A stretch of DNA of 64,000 bases from a virus. Shown in pieces: positions 8,814-18,929 of this stretch (positions are counted from its first letter, which is position 1; every line of letters starts with the position of its first letter). Location of the stretch: positions 1-64,000 of the IMG/VR virus record IMGVR_UViG_3300031746_000007; one strand, given 5' to 3'. The notes under the pieces are model-generated. The model had not been told where the DNA came from, searched no databases, and saw only the letters and a program-made list of their open reading frames with translations. Made by a program: the position numbers and the translations under genes.

Positions 8814-9577
8814 ACCACCTGAACGGTCGTCGTGCCGAGGTTCGCGTTCGCGCTTCGCCAGAGGTCATAGTTCTGCGTGACGCCGTGCGCGTTCGTCACC
8901 GCGACCGTGCCGATGAAGTTGAAGCCGCCTTCGAACGTGCCGACGAAGAACGTCGGGGTGCCGTAGCTCGTCGGCGCCGCGTAGTAGATGTACTGTCCGG
9001 AGCCGGGCGACACGGTGAACGTGATGTTGCGACTTGCCGAGAGCGTCTGTCCGGCGAGCGCTTTGATGAACGTCTCGTCCGACCCGCCGGCGACGCCGAC
9101 CCCGTAGTAGAGCCGGGGTCGCCAGGTCGTCGACACCGATCGCGTGCCGTTCTCGAGACCGAGCGCGGCCGACAGCGTCCAGGTCACGCCCGAGTTGTTG
9201 CCCGTGCGCGTGTAGCCATGCAGGTACGTGAACGCGGTCGGGGTCAAGCTCACGTCGAGCACCGGGTTGCCGGCGTTGTCGACGACCGATGCCGACGACG
9301 GGGCTTGCGAGTAGGTCGCCGTGAACGCCGGGTTCGTGAGGGTCTGCCCGACCTCGAGCACGCCGGCCGGGCCGCCGAAGCTGTTGATGCCAAACCCGGG
9401 GAGGATGTAGCTCTGCCGGATCGGGCGGAACGCCGGCACGCCGCCGACCTCGATCAGCGCATAGCCGTCGTTACCGGTGACCGGGGGGAGACCGCTGCCG
9501 CCGCCGGCGTTGCCGAGCTTGCAGAGCGTGACCAGCTCGAGCTTGCTCGAGGTCGGCTTGAGGATGATGCGGCTCAT
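8810..9577 (-). CDS. virion structural protein (Ig-like/fibre-associated)
   Basis: Beta-rich, QYIYYAAPTSYG motif; overlapping stops/starts with neighbours. Confidence 0.55.
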   Translation of the reverse strand: MSRIILKPTSSKLELVTLCKLGNAGGGSGLPPVTGNDGYALIEVGGVPAFRPIRQSYILPGFGINSFGGPAGVLEVGQTLTNPAFTATYSQAPSSASVVDNAGNPVLDVSLTPTAFTYLHGYTRTGNNSGVTWTLSAALGLENGTRSVSTTWRPRLYYGVGVAGGSDETFIKALAGQTLSASRNITFTVSPGSGQYIYYAAPTSYGTPTFFVGTFEGGFNFIGTVAVTNAHGVTQNYDLWRSANANLGTTTVQVV

Positions 9578-10278
9578 GGTGCCACCGGTGCGCGGATGTC
9601 GAAGATGAAGACGTCGCTCGTTTGTTGGAACGGGCCGGGCTTCGTGATCTCGATCTCACCCGACCACACGCCGGCGACGAGATCGCTCTCGTCCCAGTCG
9701 ATCTGCGCGATGCCGTTCAGGGGGTCGGTCAGAAGCGCGATCTTCTCGAGCGGGGTCGGGTAGCCGATATGCAGCTCGATGATCCAGCCGGTGATGTCCG
9801 TGCCGCTGAAGTCGAGGATGAGCGGCTCGGTGTCGCCGGCGACCAGCTCGAGCGTCGGAGGCGGCGGGCGCTCCGGCACCGGGGCGACGCTCTGCAAGAG
9901 CTGAAGCGGCGACGTCGGGATGACTGCGTCTCGCGAGCCGTCCTTCGTGAGCCACACGTCCCACGCGTACATGCCTGCGAGCCAGTCGTGTGTGTCTCCG
10001 GGCTCGAGCAGGAACACGCCGATGCCGGCGACGACGCTCGCCTTCTTGGTGACGCGTGGCCAGCTGTCGTGCCAGAGCTTCGGGTTCTTCTTGATCGTGA
10101 GGAGCAGCTCGGTCCCGGCACCCGTCAGGTCGACGAGGCTGCCGCCCGGCGTGACCACGCTCACCCGAAGGGTCACGTCCGAACCTTGCGGGATGCGCAA
10201 GGTCTGCCGCGGATCGGCCGGCACGAGCCCGCGCCGTGGCGTCCCATCCTCGAGCACCGCTGTGAGCGAGATCTGCAT
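9574..10278 (-). CDS. BppU-N-like baseplate/fibre adaptor with two similar beta-sandwich domains
   Basis: QGSDVTLRV..VDLTG..AGMYAWDV and AGDTEPLILDF..DITG..AGVWSGEI repeated pattern. Confidence 0.5.
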   Translation of the reverse strand: MQISLTAVLEDGTPRRGLVPADPRQTLRIPQGSDVTLRVSVVTPGGSLVDLTGAGTELLLTIKKNPKLWHDSWPRVTKKASVVAGIGVFLLEPGDTHDWLAGMYAWDVWLTKDGSRDAVIPTSPLQLLQSVAPVPERPPPPTLELVAGDTEPLILDFSGTDITGWIIELHIGYPTPLEKIALLTDPLNGIAQIDWDESDLVAGVWSGEIEITKPGPFQQTSDVFIFDIRAPVAP

Positions 10279-10281
10279 GGT

Positions 10282-10848
10282 CTACCCCACAAGCTCGATC
10301 AGCACGACCGACCCGTAGCGCACCGACGCCGAGGTCGCGCCGTTCAGGCGACCTTGAAGCTCGTAGGTCTTGTCCCCCGTGCCCGGCACCTGATCGGTCT
10401 GGAACTTGCTCGTCTTCCACTTGGCACTCGCAGCGAGGTCGTACGGGCCGCCGAGCACGCGCATGTTGTCGTTGGCGTCGATCTCGACGAGCCGGAGCTG
10501 CGCTTGCGTGCCGACTGCCTTGTGTTCGAACTGCACGATGCCGAACGCTTTGGTGAGGTTGGGGATGTAGAACTGCGCATTCACCGACACGCCGCCGATA
10601 GGATCCCACTCGGCGTCGAGCAGGATGTCCTTCTTCGTCGCGACCAGGCTGGTCGCGATGCGCGGGTACGGGACCGGATCGGGCGGGACGGGAGCGGCCA
10701 CCTCCTCGATGGTCGCGGTGCCGGCCGCCACCTCGGCGAGCACGTCCTGATACCTGAAGTTGTCGTCTACTTCAGGAATCCACTGAGTCGTGTCAGGGTC
10801 CTGTAGCATCGGAGGCGTGCGGTAGCTGTGACGCTTGTAGATCTTCAT
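10282..10848 (-). CDS. hypothetical tail-associated protein
   Basis: GGAGG RBS; downstream of main fibre gene. Confidence 0.55.
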   Translation of the reverse strand: MKIYKRHSYRTPPMLQDPDTTQWIPEVDDNFRYQDVLAEVAAGTATIEEVAAPVPPDPVPYPRIATSLVATKKDILLDAEWDPIGGVSVNAQFYIPNLTKAFGIVQFEHKAVGTQAQLRLVEIDANDNMRVLGGPYDLAASAKWKTSKFQTDQVPGTGDKTYELQGRLNGATSASVRYGSVVLIELVG

Positions 10849-10857
10849 GCCAGCCTC

Positions 10858-13353
10858 CTAGTATTCCGCGCTCGCTTCCCAGAAGAACCGTACCGTCCAG
10901 GGAGCGGTGGGACTGACCACGATGCCCGTGTTGTTCGCCACGTCGAATCCCATGTCGTTCGACCTCGCGATCGAGGTGACGCGCGCCGTGCCGGTCACGT
11001 CAATGGAGCCGAGCACGAAGGCGGGCGTCTGCACGGTCACGTTCGGCGCCGTGCCTCTCATGCGCGTGCGGAAGCGTACCTGTGCGATCGCCCAGTCGCC
11101 CCCGTTCGCCACTGTGATGTTCCCAATACCGGAGTTGTAGGGCCAGTTCGACCCGCCGTTGCTCCACGTCGTTTGAAAGAACCGCTCGGCGTTGACGATC
11201 TCGCCACCGACACTCCCGTGTCGCATTTGCCATGCTGGCGCTACGGCTCCCGCGACCAACATGACGCGACGGATGTAGCCGTAGGCCACAGCGCTAGTAG
11301 CGGCGAATGTGAAGGAGAACTGAACCGATACGGCTGTCACACCCGCGCGCAGTGCCGGGACCGTCAGGGAGTAGGTGGCGTACGCGGAGACAGGCGGGAA
11401 AACAAAGGTGGCCGCCGCATCGACTTGATTGCCTGTCGCGTAGTCGGGGGTAGCGGTTCCCGGACCCACGGTGGTAGTCGACACCACGCGCGCCGTTATC
11501 GACGTCGGGCTGCCGGCCGTGTTTCGCTTTGCCTGGAACGTGAGGATCAAGGGTTTCCCGGAACAGCCTTGAGGCACACCGTCTTCGCGACACAGTTCTT
11601 GTGTGATCCAAATTGTATCGGGCGCGGCGGTCGGGCAAACGACGAAAATCTCCCCGAGGTCCGGGTCGGTGTAGGTGCCCGCGGTATTAACACCCGCCCC
11701 GGTATCGGCACCGTTCGTGCGCCACAGCCCCCAACGGTCCACTCGCGGGAACCCGCGAACGGTCGGGATGACGATCGGCTCGATGCCAACGTGTTGCTTC
11801 AACAAGAAGGCTGAGTTGTCCACCTTGTTCGACAATAAGCGCGTGTTCTCGGCCAGGGTGTCGACGTAGTTCTTCGTCGCCGCATCCTGCGCTGCCGCCG
11901 GATCGAGCAGGTCGTTGATCCGGTGACTCACCATGTCGATGACCTGCGCGGTCATGCGCAGCGTGCCGTCCGCGGCGACGCGGAGCAGCACCGCGCCAGT
12001 CTCGTCCTGAACCTGAACTTGATCCGCCGTCGAGCCGGCGTTGAATCGCTTGGTGATGAGCGGCGGGGTCGACGTGCTGTTCGCTTGAAAGATCCCGTTC
12101 TGGATCTTCTTGCTGAGCATGTCGAGGTCACCCGTCGACAAGAACGACGCGAGCGCGGTGCCGGCTTCGTCCTGAGCCTGAAACAGATCCGCAGTCGCCC
12201 CGGCGCTGAAACGTCGAGCGAACAGAGGGACCGTCGTCGCGTCTTGCGCTTGGAATATGGCTCGCTGAACCTTCTTACTGGTCATGTCCAGGTTGCCGAG
12301 ACTCGTGAAGCGGGCGAGTACAACGCTCGTCTCGGTGTGCACCTGAAAGATGTCTTGCGATGACGCAAAGAACCTCTGAGCCACAAGCGCGACCGTCGAC
12401 AGATCGCCAGCGCGGAACGTGTAAGGCACGCCGAGTTTGCCGCCGGGTGTCGCATTCAACCCGTCGATGCGGTGCGCGTTCAGCATGCCGCTCGAGGGCG
12501 CACCGTAGAGCATGTACGCGCGATCGATCGGGGTGATGTCGGCGCCGCCGACCCCGTCGAACCAGAAGTCCCGGAGACCGCCGCTCACCGACATGATGCT
12601 GCCGACCTGCCGGCGGAAGGTGCCGGGGGTCGTCGAGATCGTCGCGGTGTCGCTCACGTAGATAGGATCGCCGACCGCTCCGGTGCCGAGCGTCATGTTC
12701 GCGAGCCGGCCGATGTAGCGCACTTTCGTGAGCGCCCCAGCGGAGACCGACGCGTTGCCCGCTACATCACCCTCGACGACACAGAGCAGCTCGTCCAGGT
12801 TGCCGAGCGTCGACGCCGGCGCCTTGACGAATCCCGGCACCGTCTCTTGACCAGGCAACCCGGCTTTGATGACCTGACCGCTGGTCACGCGCACGACGTC
12901 GCCGCGCGTGAGTGTGCTGCCGGACGTGTTGGCGCCGACGATGATGCCGGGATCCGAGAGCAGCGCGTCGATGCGCTGGTACAAGGAACCTACCGCGGTC
13001 GCCCACCCGCGCATCGTATCGCTCTCGTTAGTCTCGCCGGCGGCCGGGATGCGCTCGAGCGTCTTGACCTGGCGCACTGCCACGATCGCGCGGTTGATCT
13101 GCTCGTCAGGCAGGCCGAAGTTGACGATCAGCTGAAGCAGGTACGACCCTTCCTTCTTCGGGGTGAAGGTCGGGTTCTCGATGTTGGTAGCGCTCAGCGC
13201 ATCAGTCGTGCCGAGCGGCTGGTCGAGGATCGACCAGAGGTAGGTCGTCTCGCCGCCGAGATCTTGGTTGCTCAGCTGTACGAGCGTGTTGATCGGCAGG
13301 TTGTCGTTGCTGCCGGGGGTGCCGTTTACTTCGATGCGCGCCTGCGTGGCCAT
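10858..13353 (-). CDS. long tail fibre protein
   Basis: 831 aa; N-terminal PKD-like TYLWS..PTFTP..GSYLLQL, internal repeats (DIFQV/DLFQA/DQVQV..G..L), DAATKNYVD fibre motif, C-terminal carbohydrate-binding-like domain. Confidence 0.75.
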   Translation of the reverse strand: MATQARIEVNGTPGSNDNLPINTLVQLSNQDLGGETTYLWSILDQPLGTTDALSATNIENPTFTPKKEGSYLLQLIVNFGLPDEQINRAIVAVRQVKTLERIPAAGETNESDTMRGWATAVGSLYQRIDALLSDPGIIVGANTSGSTLTRGDVVRVTSGQVIKAGLPGQETVPGFVKAPASTLGNLDELLCVVEGDVAGNASVSAGALTKVRYIGRLANMTLGTGAVGDPIYVSDTATISTTPGTFRRQVGSIMSVSGGLRDFWFDGVGGADITPIDRAYMLYGAPSSGMLNAHRIDGLNATPGGKLGVPYTFRAGDLSTVALVAQRFFASSQDIFQVHTETSVVLARFTSLGNLDMTSKKVQRAIFQAQDATTVPLFARRFSAGATADLFQAQDEAGTALASFLSTGDLDMLSKKIQNGIFQANSTSTPPLITKRFNAGSTADQVQVQDETGAVLLRVAADGTLRMTAQVIDMVSHRINDLLDPAAAQDAATKNYVDTLAENTRLLSNKVDNSAFLLKQHVGIEPIVIPTVRGFPRVDRWGLWRTNGADTGAGVNTAGTYTDPDLGEIFVVCPTAAPDTIWITQELCREDGVPQGCSGKPLILTFQAKRNTAGSPTSITARVVSTTTVGPGTATPDYATGNQVDAAATFVFPPVSAYATYSLTVPALRAGVTAVSVQFSFTFAATSAVAYGYIRRVMLVAGAVAPAWQMRHGSVGGEIVNAERFFQTTWSNGGSNWPYNSGIGNITVANGGDWAIAQVRFRTRMRGTAPNVTVQTPAFVLGSIDVTGTARVTSIARSNDMGFDVANNTGIVVSPTAPWTVRFFWEASAEY

Positions 13354-13362
13354 GCGTCACCC

Positions 13363-14463
13363 CTATCCGTTCAGCGAGACAAGCGCGTGAGCGAAACCGT
13401 CGTTCGCACCAGGGTACATGAAGAACAGCGAGATCTTGACCGCCAGTTGTCCAATCGCGACCTTGACCGGCGGGCTCGCGTTCACACCACCGAGCGCTGC
13501 CTGCATGGGAGCGTCGATCGTTACGATGGCAGGCATGGTCGGTAGCCCCAATCCCGACGACAGGTAGACGATCGGGATGCCGGTAGGGACGCCCGAAATG
13601 ATGTAGAGGTCGCCGATTATGCTCGTCAGCGGGTTGTACGCCGTCCACACGGCCGACGCGATGACGCCCGGAGGAGCGTTCAGTGAGTCCAAAATCAGTG
13701 AAAGGAAGCCGGGCTGCGGTGTCCTGATTCGCGCCGCGATCTGGCACATGCCTGCCGGGTGGAGCATCGGCCGCCAGTGCACGATCTTGCTGTCGTCGAC
13801 GGAGGTGACGCCGCCGCCGACCTGGATCTCGGCGAGCTTGAAGTAACCCGGGGTCGTGCCCGGAACGGAAGGAGACGCCGCCGGCACGCCGGTTTTGAGC
13901 GAGAGCGCCGCCGTCGAGTTGGCCGGCGCCGCGACCGTGCCGTAGCTGCCATCGAAGTCCCAGCTCAGCGTCTTGTTGACGAGGTTCGGTTCGAACACGC
14001 CGGTCGACGGATTGAGAACGTCGCGGCTGGTCGGGTCGGTCACGACCCGGTTGACCCGGACCTCTAGGATGTCGATGCGGCTGTTCGGCAGCGACGGGGC
14101 GGCGGGGAGAATGACGGGCTGATCTGCGTTCAGCACCGCCGGCTTCCACAGCGACAGGTCGTTCAGGCCGCCGATGCCATTGATGTCCGAGGTCGTGCCC
14201 GCGTCGTAGAAGAAGCCGATGCCCTTCTTGACCGCGAGAGTCATCGTCGCCGGGCTCGAGGCGCGCAGCTTGAACGCCTCGCCGATGCCGCCCGAGGGCG
14301 GGGTGCCCGGACCGTCCGGAGAGATCGCGCCGCGGGGCGTGTAGATCTGCATGAGCACGTCGCGGAGCGCGCGGTCGGCGTCCGACTCGGCTCGATTCAC
14401 GTCCGAAGAAAGCGGGCGCTCGCGGGTGTTGATGATCGTGCGGTTGAACGGATTGTTGGCCAT
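13363..14463 (-). CDS. baseplate wedge / tail-fibre attachment protein
   Basis: LPAAPSLPNSRIDIL..KLAEIQV motif common in proteins following baseplate genes. Confidence 0.55.
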   Translation of the reverse strand: MANNPFNRTIINTRERPLSSDVNRAESDADRALRDVLMQIYTPRGAISPDGPGTPPSGGIGEAFKLRASSPATMTLAVKKGIGFFYDAGTTSDINGIGGLNDLSLWKPAVLNADQPVILPAAPSLPNSRIDILEVRVNRVVTDPTSRDVLNPSTGVFEPNLVNKTLSWDFDGSYGTVAAPANSTAALSLKTGVPAASPSVPGTTPGYFKLAEIQVGGGVTSVDDSKIVHWRPMLHPAGMCQIAARIRTPQPGFLSLILDSLNAPPGVIASAVWTAYNPLTSIIGDLYIISGVPTGIPIVYLSSGLGLPTMPAIVTIDAPMQAALGGVNASPPVKVAIGQLAVKISLFFMYPGANDGFAHALVSLNG

Positions 14464-14466
14464 GAC

Positions 14467-15636
14467 CTATTGCCCCTTCAGTTCGACTGCCACAGAAACG
14501 CCCGCCGGCTTCGCCGCTTGGAGCGAATCGTAGAGCCCTTTATACAGGGATTGTCGGGAAAGGTCGAACCCATCCCACGCCCCCTCGAGATACCCGTACG
14601 CGAGCGCGATCGCGGGGGTCACGTCGTACGCGCAGCACGCGCGCAAGCCACCCGTGACAGAACTCACGTACTGAATCGCGATCGTCTTCGTGTCATCCCA
14701 CACCATGCCGGTGTCGCGCAGCGGCTGAATCGCGTCGACGACGACGATGACCCCACCCCGGAAGTCGTTCAGGTCGAGCCACCGATTGCGGAACGGGTAG
14801 GGTGGGCGGGGGTCATCGAACACGAACAGGTTCGGGTCGAACGGGGAGCCGGCGAAGGCGCTCGAGGGCGCGTCCCAGCATTCCTGGTAGGTTTGTTCGA
14901 ACGTCTCGATGAAGTCGTACGTGGCGAAGACGGGTTGAAGGATCGAGTCGGTCACTCGCCGGAGAGCGGCCGGGCTCACGGTGTCAGGGAGCGTACGAAC
15001 GCGAGACCGATAGGCGTCGTCGCGCTCGCCGCTCAGCCGAGGCAGCCCGCGGTTGCCGCCCAAACCGTCGAGCGCCGCGTCCTTGCCGCCGGTTGTCGGA
15101 GCCGTCTGGTAGACTGTGAACGTGATGTCCCCATAGTCCGGGACCTCTCGCCACACCTTCACGGTGTCGATGTCACCTGGCAACAGCGGGCCCGCCGCAG
15201 TCACGATCTCCCCCGGCACGTTCCAGTCGTAGCCGACCGAGATCGCCTCGATCGGGACCGTCTTCGGGCCCAGCTCCGCCGGCCCGAATGTCACGTCGGC
15301 AAGCGTCGAGAAATCGCGCCCGCCTTTGCTGGTCGTCACGATCGAGCCTGCCTTGATCGTGACAGTGAGCCCGGTCGGATGCGGTGCCGCCCGAGAGATC
15401 TTCACGGTCCCGATTGCCTTGGCGCCGCTGTCCGCGGTGAGGATCTGCGCGTTCTGCCCGGCGACCTCGGCTGCCTTCGACACCGCAGCATACATCGCGG
15501 AGAAGCCTTGAAGCAGCTCGTACCCCGGGCCCGGGTCCTTGAGAGGCTCAAGGTACCCGGCCGGCAGGATGCGCGTGAGCAGGTCAAGGAAGTCCTGTTG
15601 TGTGCGCGCGACGACCGGGATCTCGATAGCTGCCAT
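14467..15636 (-). CDS. baseplate J/I-like wedge protein
   Basis: AIGTVKISR, TIKAGSIV, GERDDAYRSRV, terminal AKPAGV. Confidence 0.7.
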   Translation of the reverse strand: MAAIEIPVVARTQQDFLDLLTRILPAGYLEPLKDPGPGYELLQGFSAMYAAVSKAAEVAGQNAQILTADSGAKAIGTVKISRAAPHPTGLTVTIKAGSIVTTSKGGRDFSTLADVTFGPAELGPKTVPIEAISVGYDWNVPGEIVTAAGPLLPGDIDTVKVWREVPDYGDITFTVYQTAPTTGGKDAALDGLGGNRGLPRLSGERDDAYRSRVRTLPDTVSPAALRRVTDSILQPVFATYDFIETFEQTYQECWDAPSSAFAGSPFDPNLFVFDDPRPPYPFRNRWLDLNDFRGGVIVVVDAIQPLRDTGMVWDDTKTIAIQYVSSVTGGLRACCAYDVTPAIALAYGYLEGAWDGFDLSRQSLYKGLYDSLQAAKPAGVSVAVELKGQ

Positions 15637-15644
15637 GCTCTACC

Positions 15645-16856
15645 TCACGGTGCCAGCGAGTAGGCGTCGGGGTTGATGCCGGTGATGATCGGCTGGTTCG
15701 TCTGCGACGCCAGCGCGCTCACCAAGCTCAGCGATGTTCGGATGACCTGAAGTGGTTTGGTGATGATGTCACCGACCGGGCTCACGATCTCCTTCCCGGT
15801 GTACGACAAGCCGGTCACGGTCTGAAGCGCCCTACTCATGTCGGCGACGACGAGCGGCGCCCCTGGCGCGAGACCATTGATGTAGTTCACGATCGCTGCC
15901 CGAGCGAGCAGCGCCGCGTTGTTGACGTCCGCGCCCGCCGTGAACGCGAGCGACAGCTGCACCGGTTGCAGGATGACATTCGCCACGATCGGCTGCACGA
16001 AGATGCCAGCCGGCCGAACGTCGACGAGCGCGTTCAGCACCGCCGTCGTCAGGAACTGACTCTGCGTCTGGTATAGGGGTGGGACCGTGCTGTAGTCGAC
16101 GAATGCCGCGGTGTACGCGTCGGCGACGATCAGCTGCACGAATCGCGCCGGCCGCCCGAGAGCGTCGAGCACTTCGAATGCCGCTGCCGTGCGTACCCCG
16201 GGGATGCCGAGCGCCGCTGCCTCGAGCGCTGCGAGCGTGCCCCGCCGGGCCGTCGAGAAGAACCGACGAGCGCGGTCGCGAAGGGACGCGTCCGTCTCGG
16301 CGTCGTCGCCGCCGGCGGTCGCGAGCGTGTTCGTGACCTTGAGGTCGGGTGCCGACAACGGGATCGCGGTGATGATGCTCGTGACCTTCCCGGTCCCAAC
16401 ATTCTGAGACGCGCCGGCGAGCACACTTCTGACAGCCACGACGACCGGTCCGGTTGTGCCGACCGCGAACACGGTGCTCTCGACGGTGATGAACTGATTC
16501 CCGCCCGCGGTCTGAAGCACCGCGCCGGTCGGGATGTTGAAGTTGCCGGGCGCCGGCAGCACGGTCGAGAACTCGACCGAGCCGAGCGATGCCGCGGCGG
16601 CTTTGCGGGTGAGCCCGTAGCGGTCGAAGACCAGGCGATCGAGGTCAGTGTCCTTGGCGGAGTCGAGAAACAGCGACGAGCTGAGATCGGCGACCTGCCC
16701 GATGCACTCGTCAGCCATAGCCCCGGCGGCAGCGATGAGGATGTTCGCATCCATCCCGTCGCGCTCGACTGCCTCACGGGACACGCGCGCGTTGCGTGCG
16801 AGCACTTCATCCCGGGCGATGCGGAACAGGTCTTGAAAGGTTGGCAGATTCGGCAT
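15645..16856 (-). CDS. baseplate J-like protein
   Basis: FLDSA..DLDRL..YGLTRK, GGDDAETDASLRDR, RRGT..AL..AALGIPGV. Confidence 0.85.
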   Translation of the reverse strand: MPNLPTFQDLFRIARDEVLARNARVSREAVERDGMDANILIAAAGAMADECIGQVADLSSSLFLDSAKDTDLDRLVFDRYGLTRKAAAASLGSVEFSTVLPAPGNFNIPTGAVLQTAGGNQFITVESTVFAVGTTGPVVVAVRSVLAGASQNVGTGKVTSIITAIPLSAPDLKVTNTLATAGGDDAETDASLRDRARRFFSTARRGTLAALEAAALGIPGVRTAAAFEVLDALGRPARFVQLIVADAYTAAFVDYSTVPPLYQTQSQFLTTAVLNALVDVRPAGIFVQPIVANVILQPVQLSLAFTAGADVNNAALLARAAIVNYINGLAPGAPLVVADMSRALQTVTGLSYTGKEIVSPVGDIITKPLQVIRTSLSLVSALASQTNQPIITGINPDAYSLAP

Positions 16857-16865
16857 GACCTACTC

Positions 16866-17696
16866 CTACAAAGAGAACGACGGGATGCTGAACTGAAGCT
16901 GCTCGCCGGTCGGTCGCGTCGTGGCCCTGATAGCTATCGTGAGCGTGTTGCTCGAGTCCAGGGTCAACACCACCGACGCCGCCGACACTTCCGGCTCCTT
17001 CAAAACCTGACGCTCGATCGCGGTCTTGAGCTGCCGCAAGCTCCCGGGTTGAATCGTTTCCTTGACCCGGTAGGTCACCCCGTAGTTCGGGAGGTGAAAG
17101 AACTCGCCTTGCCGGGTCGAGAGCCGGCGGATGATGAGCTTCTTGATCAGCTCGAGCCCGGTCACCGTTTCGTAGTCGCCGGAGGATGTCGTCACGAGCG
17201 TACCGCCGAACACGTCCGGCGAGCCTTGCGGAGACTGCGGGTTCGCGATGTCCCGGGCGATCGCGCCACGCTTGGCGAGCTTGGCCTGCATGCTCGTGTC
17301 GGTGTCGGCGACGAGCCCGGCGAACTGCGCCTTGCGTGGCGGCAGCAAGAGACCGCCGCCGGCGTCGAGCAAGGTGATGCTCGAGACCTCGTGCACGATG
17401 GTCGCGTCACCGAACGGCTGGTCGACCACGATGCCGTAGATCGTGGGTGTGTACTCGATCACGCTCATCACGTTCAGGTAGGTCGGGCCGTCGAGACGTT
17501 GCACCGTCCAGGTCGCGGGATTGAGCGCATCACCGGCGGCGACTTTCGAGGCGTGCATCGGCTCGTTCGTCAAGTAAACGCGCACCTCGTTCACACTGGT
17601 TGCCACGGCAGCGGCGAGGCTGAGCCCCTCCGCGAATGGCGGCGAGCCGAGCGGTCCGAGTCCATACGGGTCGAGTCCCCAGCCATAGAGAGTCAT
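16866..17696 (-). CDS. baseplate wedge protein, C-terminal GPW/gp25-like domain
   Basis: RRLSTRQGEFFHLPNYG..IERQVLKEPEV; start at ATG 17696 (ATGA overlap). Confidence 0.7.
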   Translation of the reverse strand: MTLYGWGLDPYGLGPLGSPPFAEGLSLAAAVATSVNEVRVYLTNEPMHASKVAAGDALNPATWTVQRLDGPTYLNVMSVIEYTPTIYGIVVDQPFGDATIVHEVSSITLLDAGGGLLLPPRKAQFAGLVADTDTSMQAKLAKRGAIARDIANPQSPQGSPDVFGGTLVTTSSGDYETVTGLELIKKLIIRRLSTRQGEFFHLPNYGVTYRVKETIQPGSLRQLKTAIERQVLKEPEVSAASVVLTLDSSNTLTIAIRATTRPTGEQLQFSIPSFSL

Positions 17697-18082
17697 GCGA
17701 TCACCCCCCGGGTGTCGACCCGTAGCCAAGCGGCACCGTCAGAGAATGCCACGATCGGCAGCCCGGCCGCACCGTTGCTCACGTAGATCATCGAGCCGAC
17801 ATTCGCCGCGGCTGCCGGCACCGTCGCGACGGTGTAGCTCGGGAGCCGTACCGGGAACACTGTCGCACCGGTTTGATTGAGACGCTCGATCGCGATCGAC
17901 AACGCGTCGAGGTAGTCGAGCCACGGCTTGACCTGCGGCGCCGGCGTCGCGGGGTCTTCGAACGTGGGCGCGATGACCTGCGTAGCTCCGACGTTGGCGC
18001 CGTACCGGAACACCGACTCGACCTCGGTACGGATCGCGACCATGCGGTCGGCGTCGCTCTGTTGCACCGCTAGCGCTGGCAT
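17693..18082 (-). CDS. hypothetical virion protein
   Basis: LPSYTVATVPAAA..MIYVSNG..FSDG C-terminal motif seen in phage structural proteins. Confidence 0.55.
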   Translation of the reverse strand: MPALAVQQSDADRMVAIRTEVESVFRYGANVGATQVIAPTFEDPATPAPQVKPWLDYLDALSIAIERLNQTGATVFPVRLPSYTVATVPAAAANVGSMIYVSNGAAGLPIVAFSDGAAWLRVDTRGVIA

Positions 18083-18089
18083 CGTCGCC

Positions 18090-18929
18090 TCACTTCGTGT
18101 TGCTCACGGTCGAGAGATAGCTCACAGCCGCCGCCTCAAAGGTGCCGATCTGCGTAGCTGCGGCGGTTTCCGGGGTCGCCTTCCCGGCGAACAACCCCTG
18201 TAGCGCCAAGAACCCGGGCTTCAGCGCGGCCAAAGGACCGACCGCCGCATTCGCGAGCACCAAGAACTGCGCGGCGGCGAGCGTATAGAAGGCCGCCGAC
18301 GAGCTGTGCGCCGCTTGTACCGCAGTGTTAGAGACCGCTTCTTTCGCCCGGTACGTCGTGCCGAGAACGAGTTGCTCGGTTGCATTCTCGTCCCCGAGGC
18401 GCACGACCGGGCTCTTCGCGATGACGCGTGAAGCACCGTCGATCACGACGTCGGTACCCGCCTTGAGCGTGACCGTCGCATCCGAGTCGATCTCGACCTT
18501 GCCCGAGCCGGTGACCTTGAGCCGAAGATTCTTGTCCTTCTCGACGACCAGCATGATCTCGGCGGGATCGAGCACTGCCTCCGCCGGCGGGGTGTCGGCG
18601 GCGGTCCACAAGCGCTTGACGACGGTGACCCCCAGCCGCGGGTCGCCGCCGGGGATGACGACGATCAAATCATCGTGAAGGTGGATCGGGGTGTAGAACC
18701 CGAATCCCGGACCGACGTAGTCCGACGCCACGACCGCCGTGTACTTCTCGCCAGTCGGCATGAGCTGCACGTTGACGAACACCCCGTACTTAGGGTCGAC
18801 CTTCGATTCGCCGAGCGCGACCGCGAGTGACACCCACGCGCGCGGATCGATGCCGGGGCGCGACACCGCTTGAGCGAGCCGGCCCGTGTCCATTTTGCTC
18901 GAGACGCGTGCGCGAGTGTGCAACATCAC
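18090..18929 (-). CDS. baseplate central spike (gpV/gp5-like)
   Basis: OB-like N-terminus (GFGFYTPI..DDLIVVIPGGD) followed by beta-helix-like repeats; position after hub. Confidence 0.65.
   Translation of the reverse strand: MMLHTRARVSSKMDTGRLAQAVSRPGIDPRAWVSLAVALGESKVDPKYGVFVNVQLMPTGEKYTAVVASDYVGPGFGFYTPIHLHDDLIVVIPGGDPRLGVTVVKRLWTAADTPPAEAVLDPAEIMLVVEKDKNLRLKVTGSGKVEIDSDATVTLKAGTDVVIDGASRVIAKSPVVRLGDENATEQLVLGTTYRAKEAVSNTAVQAAHSSSAAFYTLAAAQFLVLANAAVGPLAALKPGFLALQGLFAGKATPETAAATQIGTFEAAAVSYLSTVSNTK

Noticed and set aside
2797-13353. Diversity-generating retroelement acting on fibre genes
   Set aside because: No reverse transcriptase and no near-identical TR/VR pair differing at adenines seen in this window.
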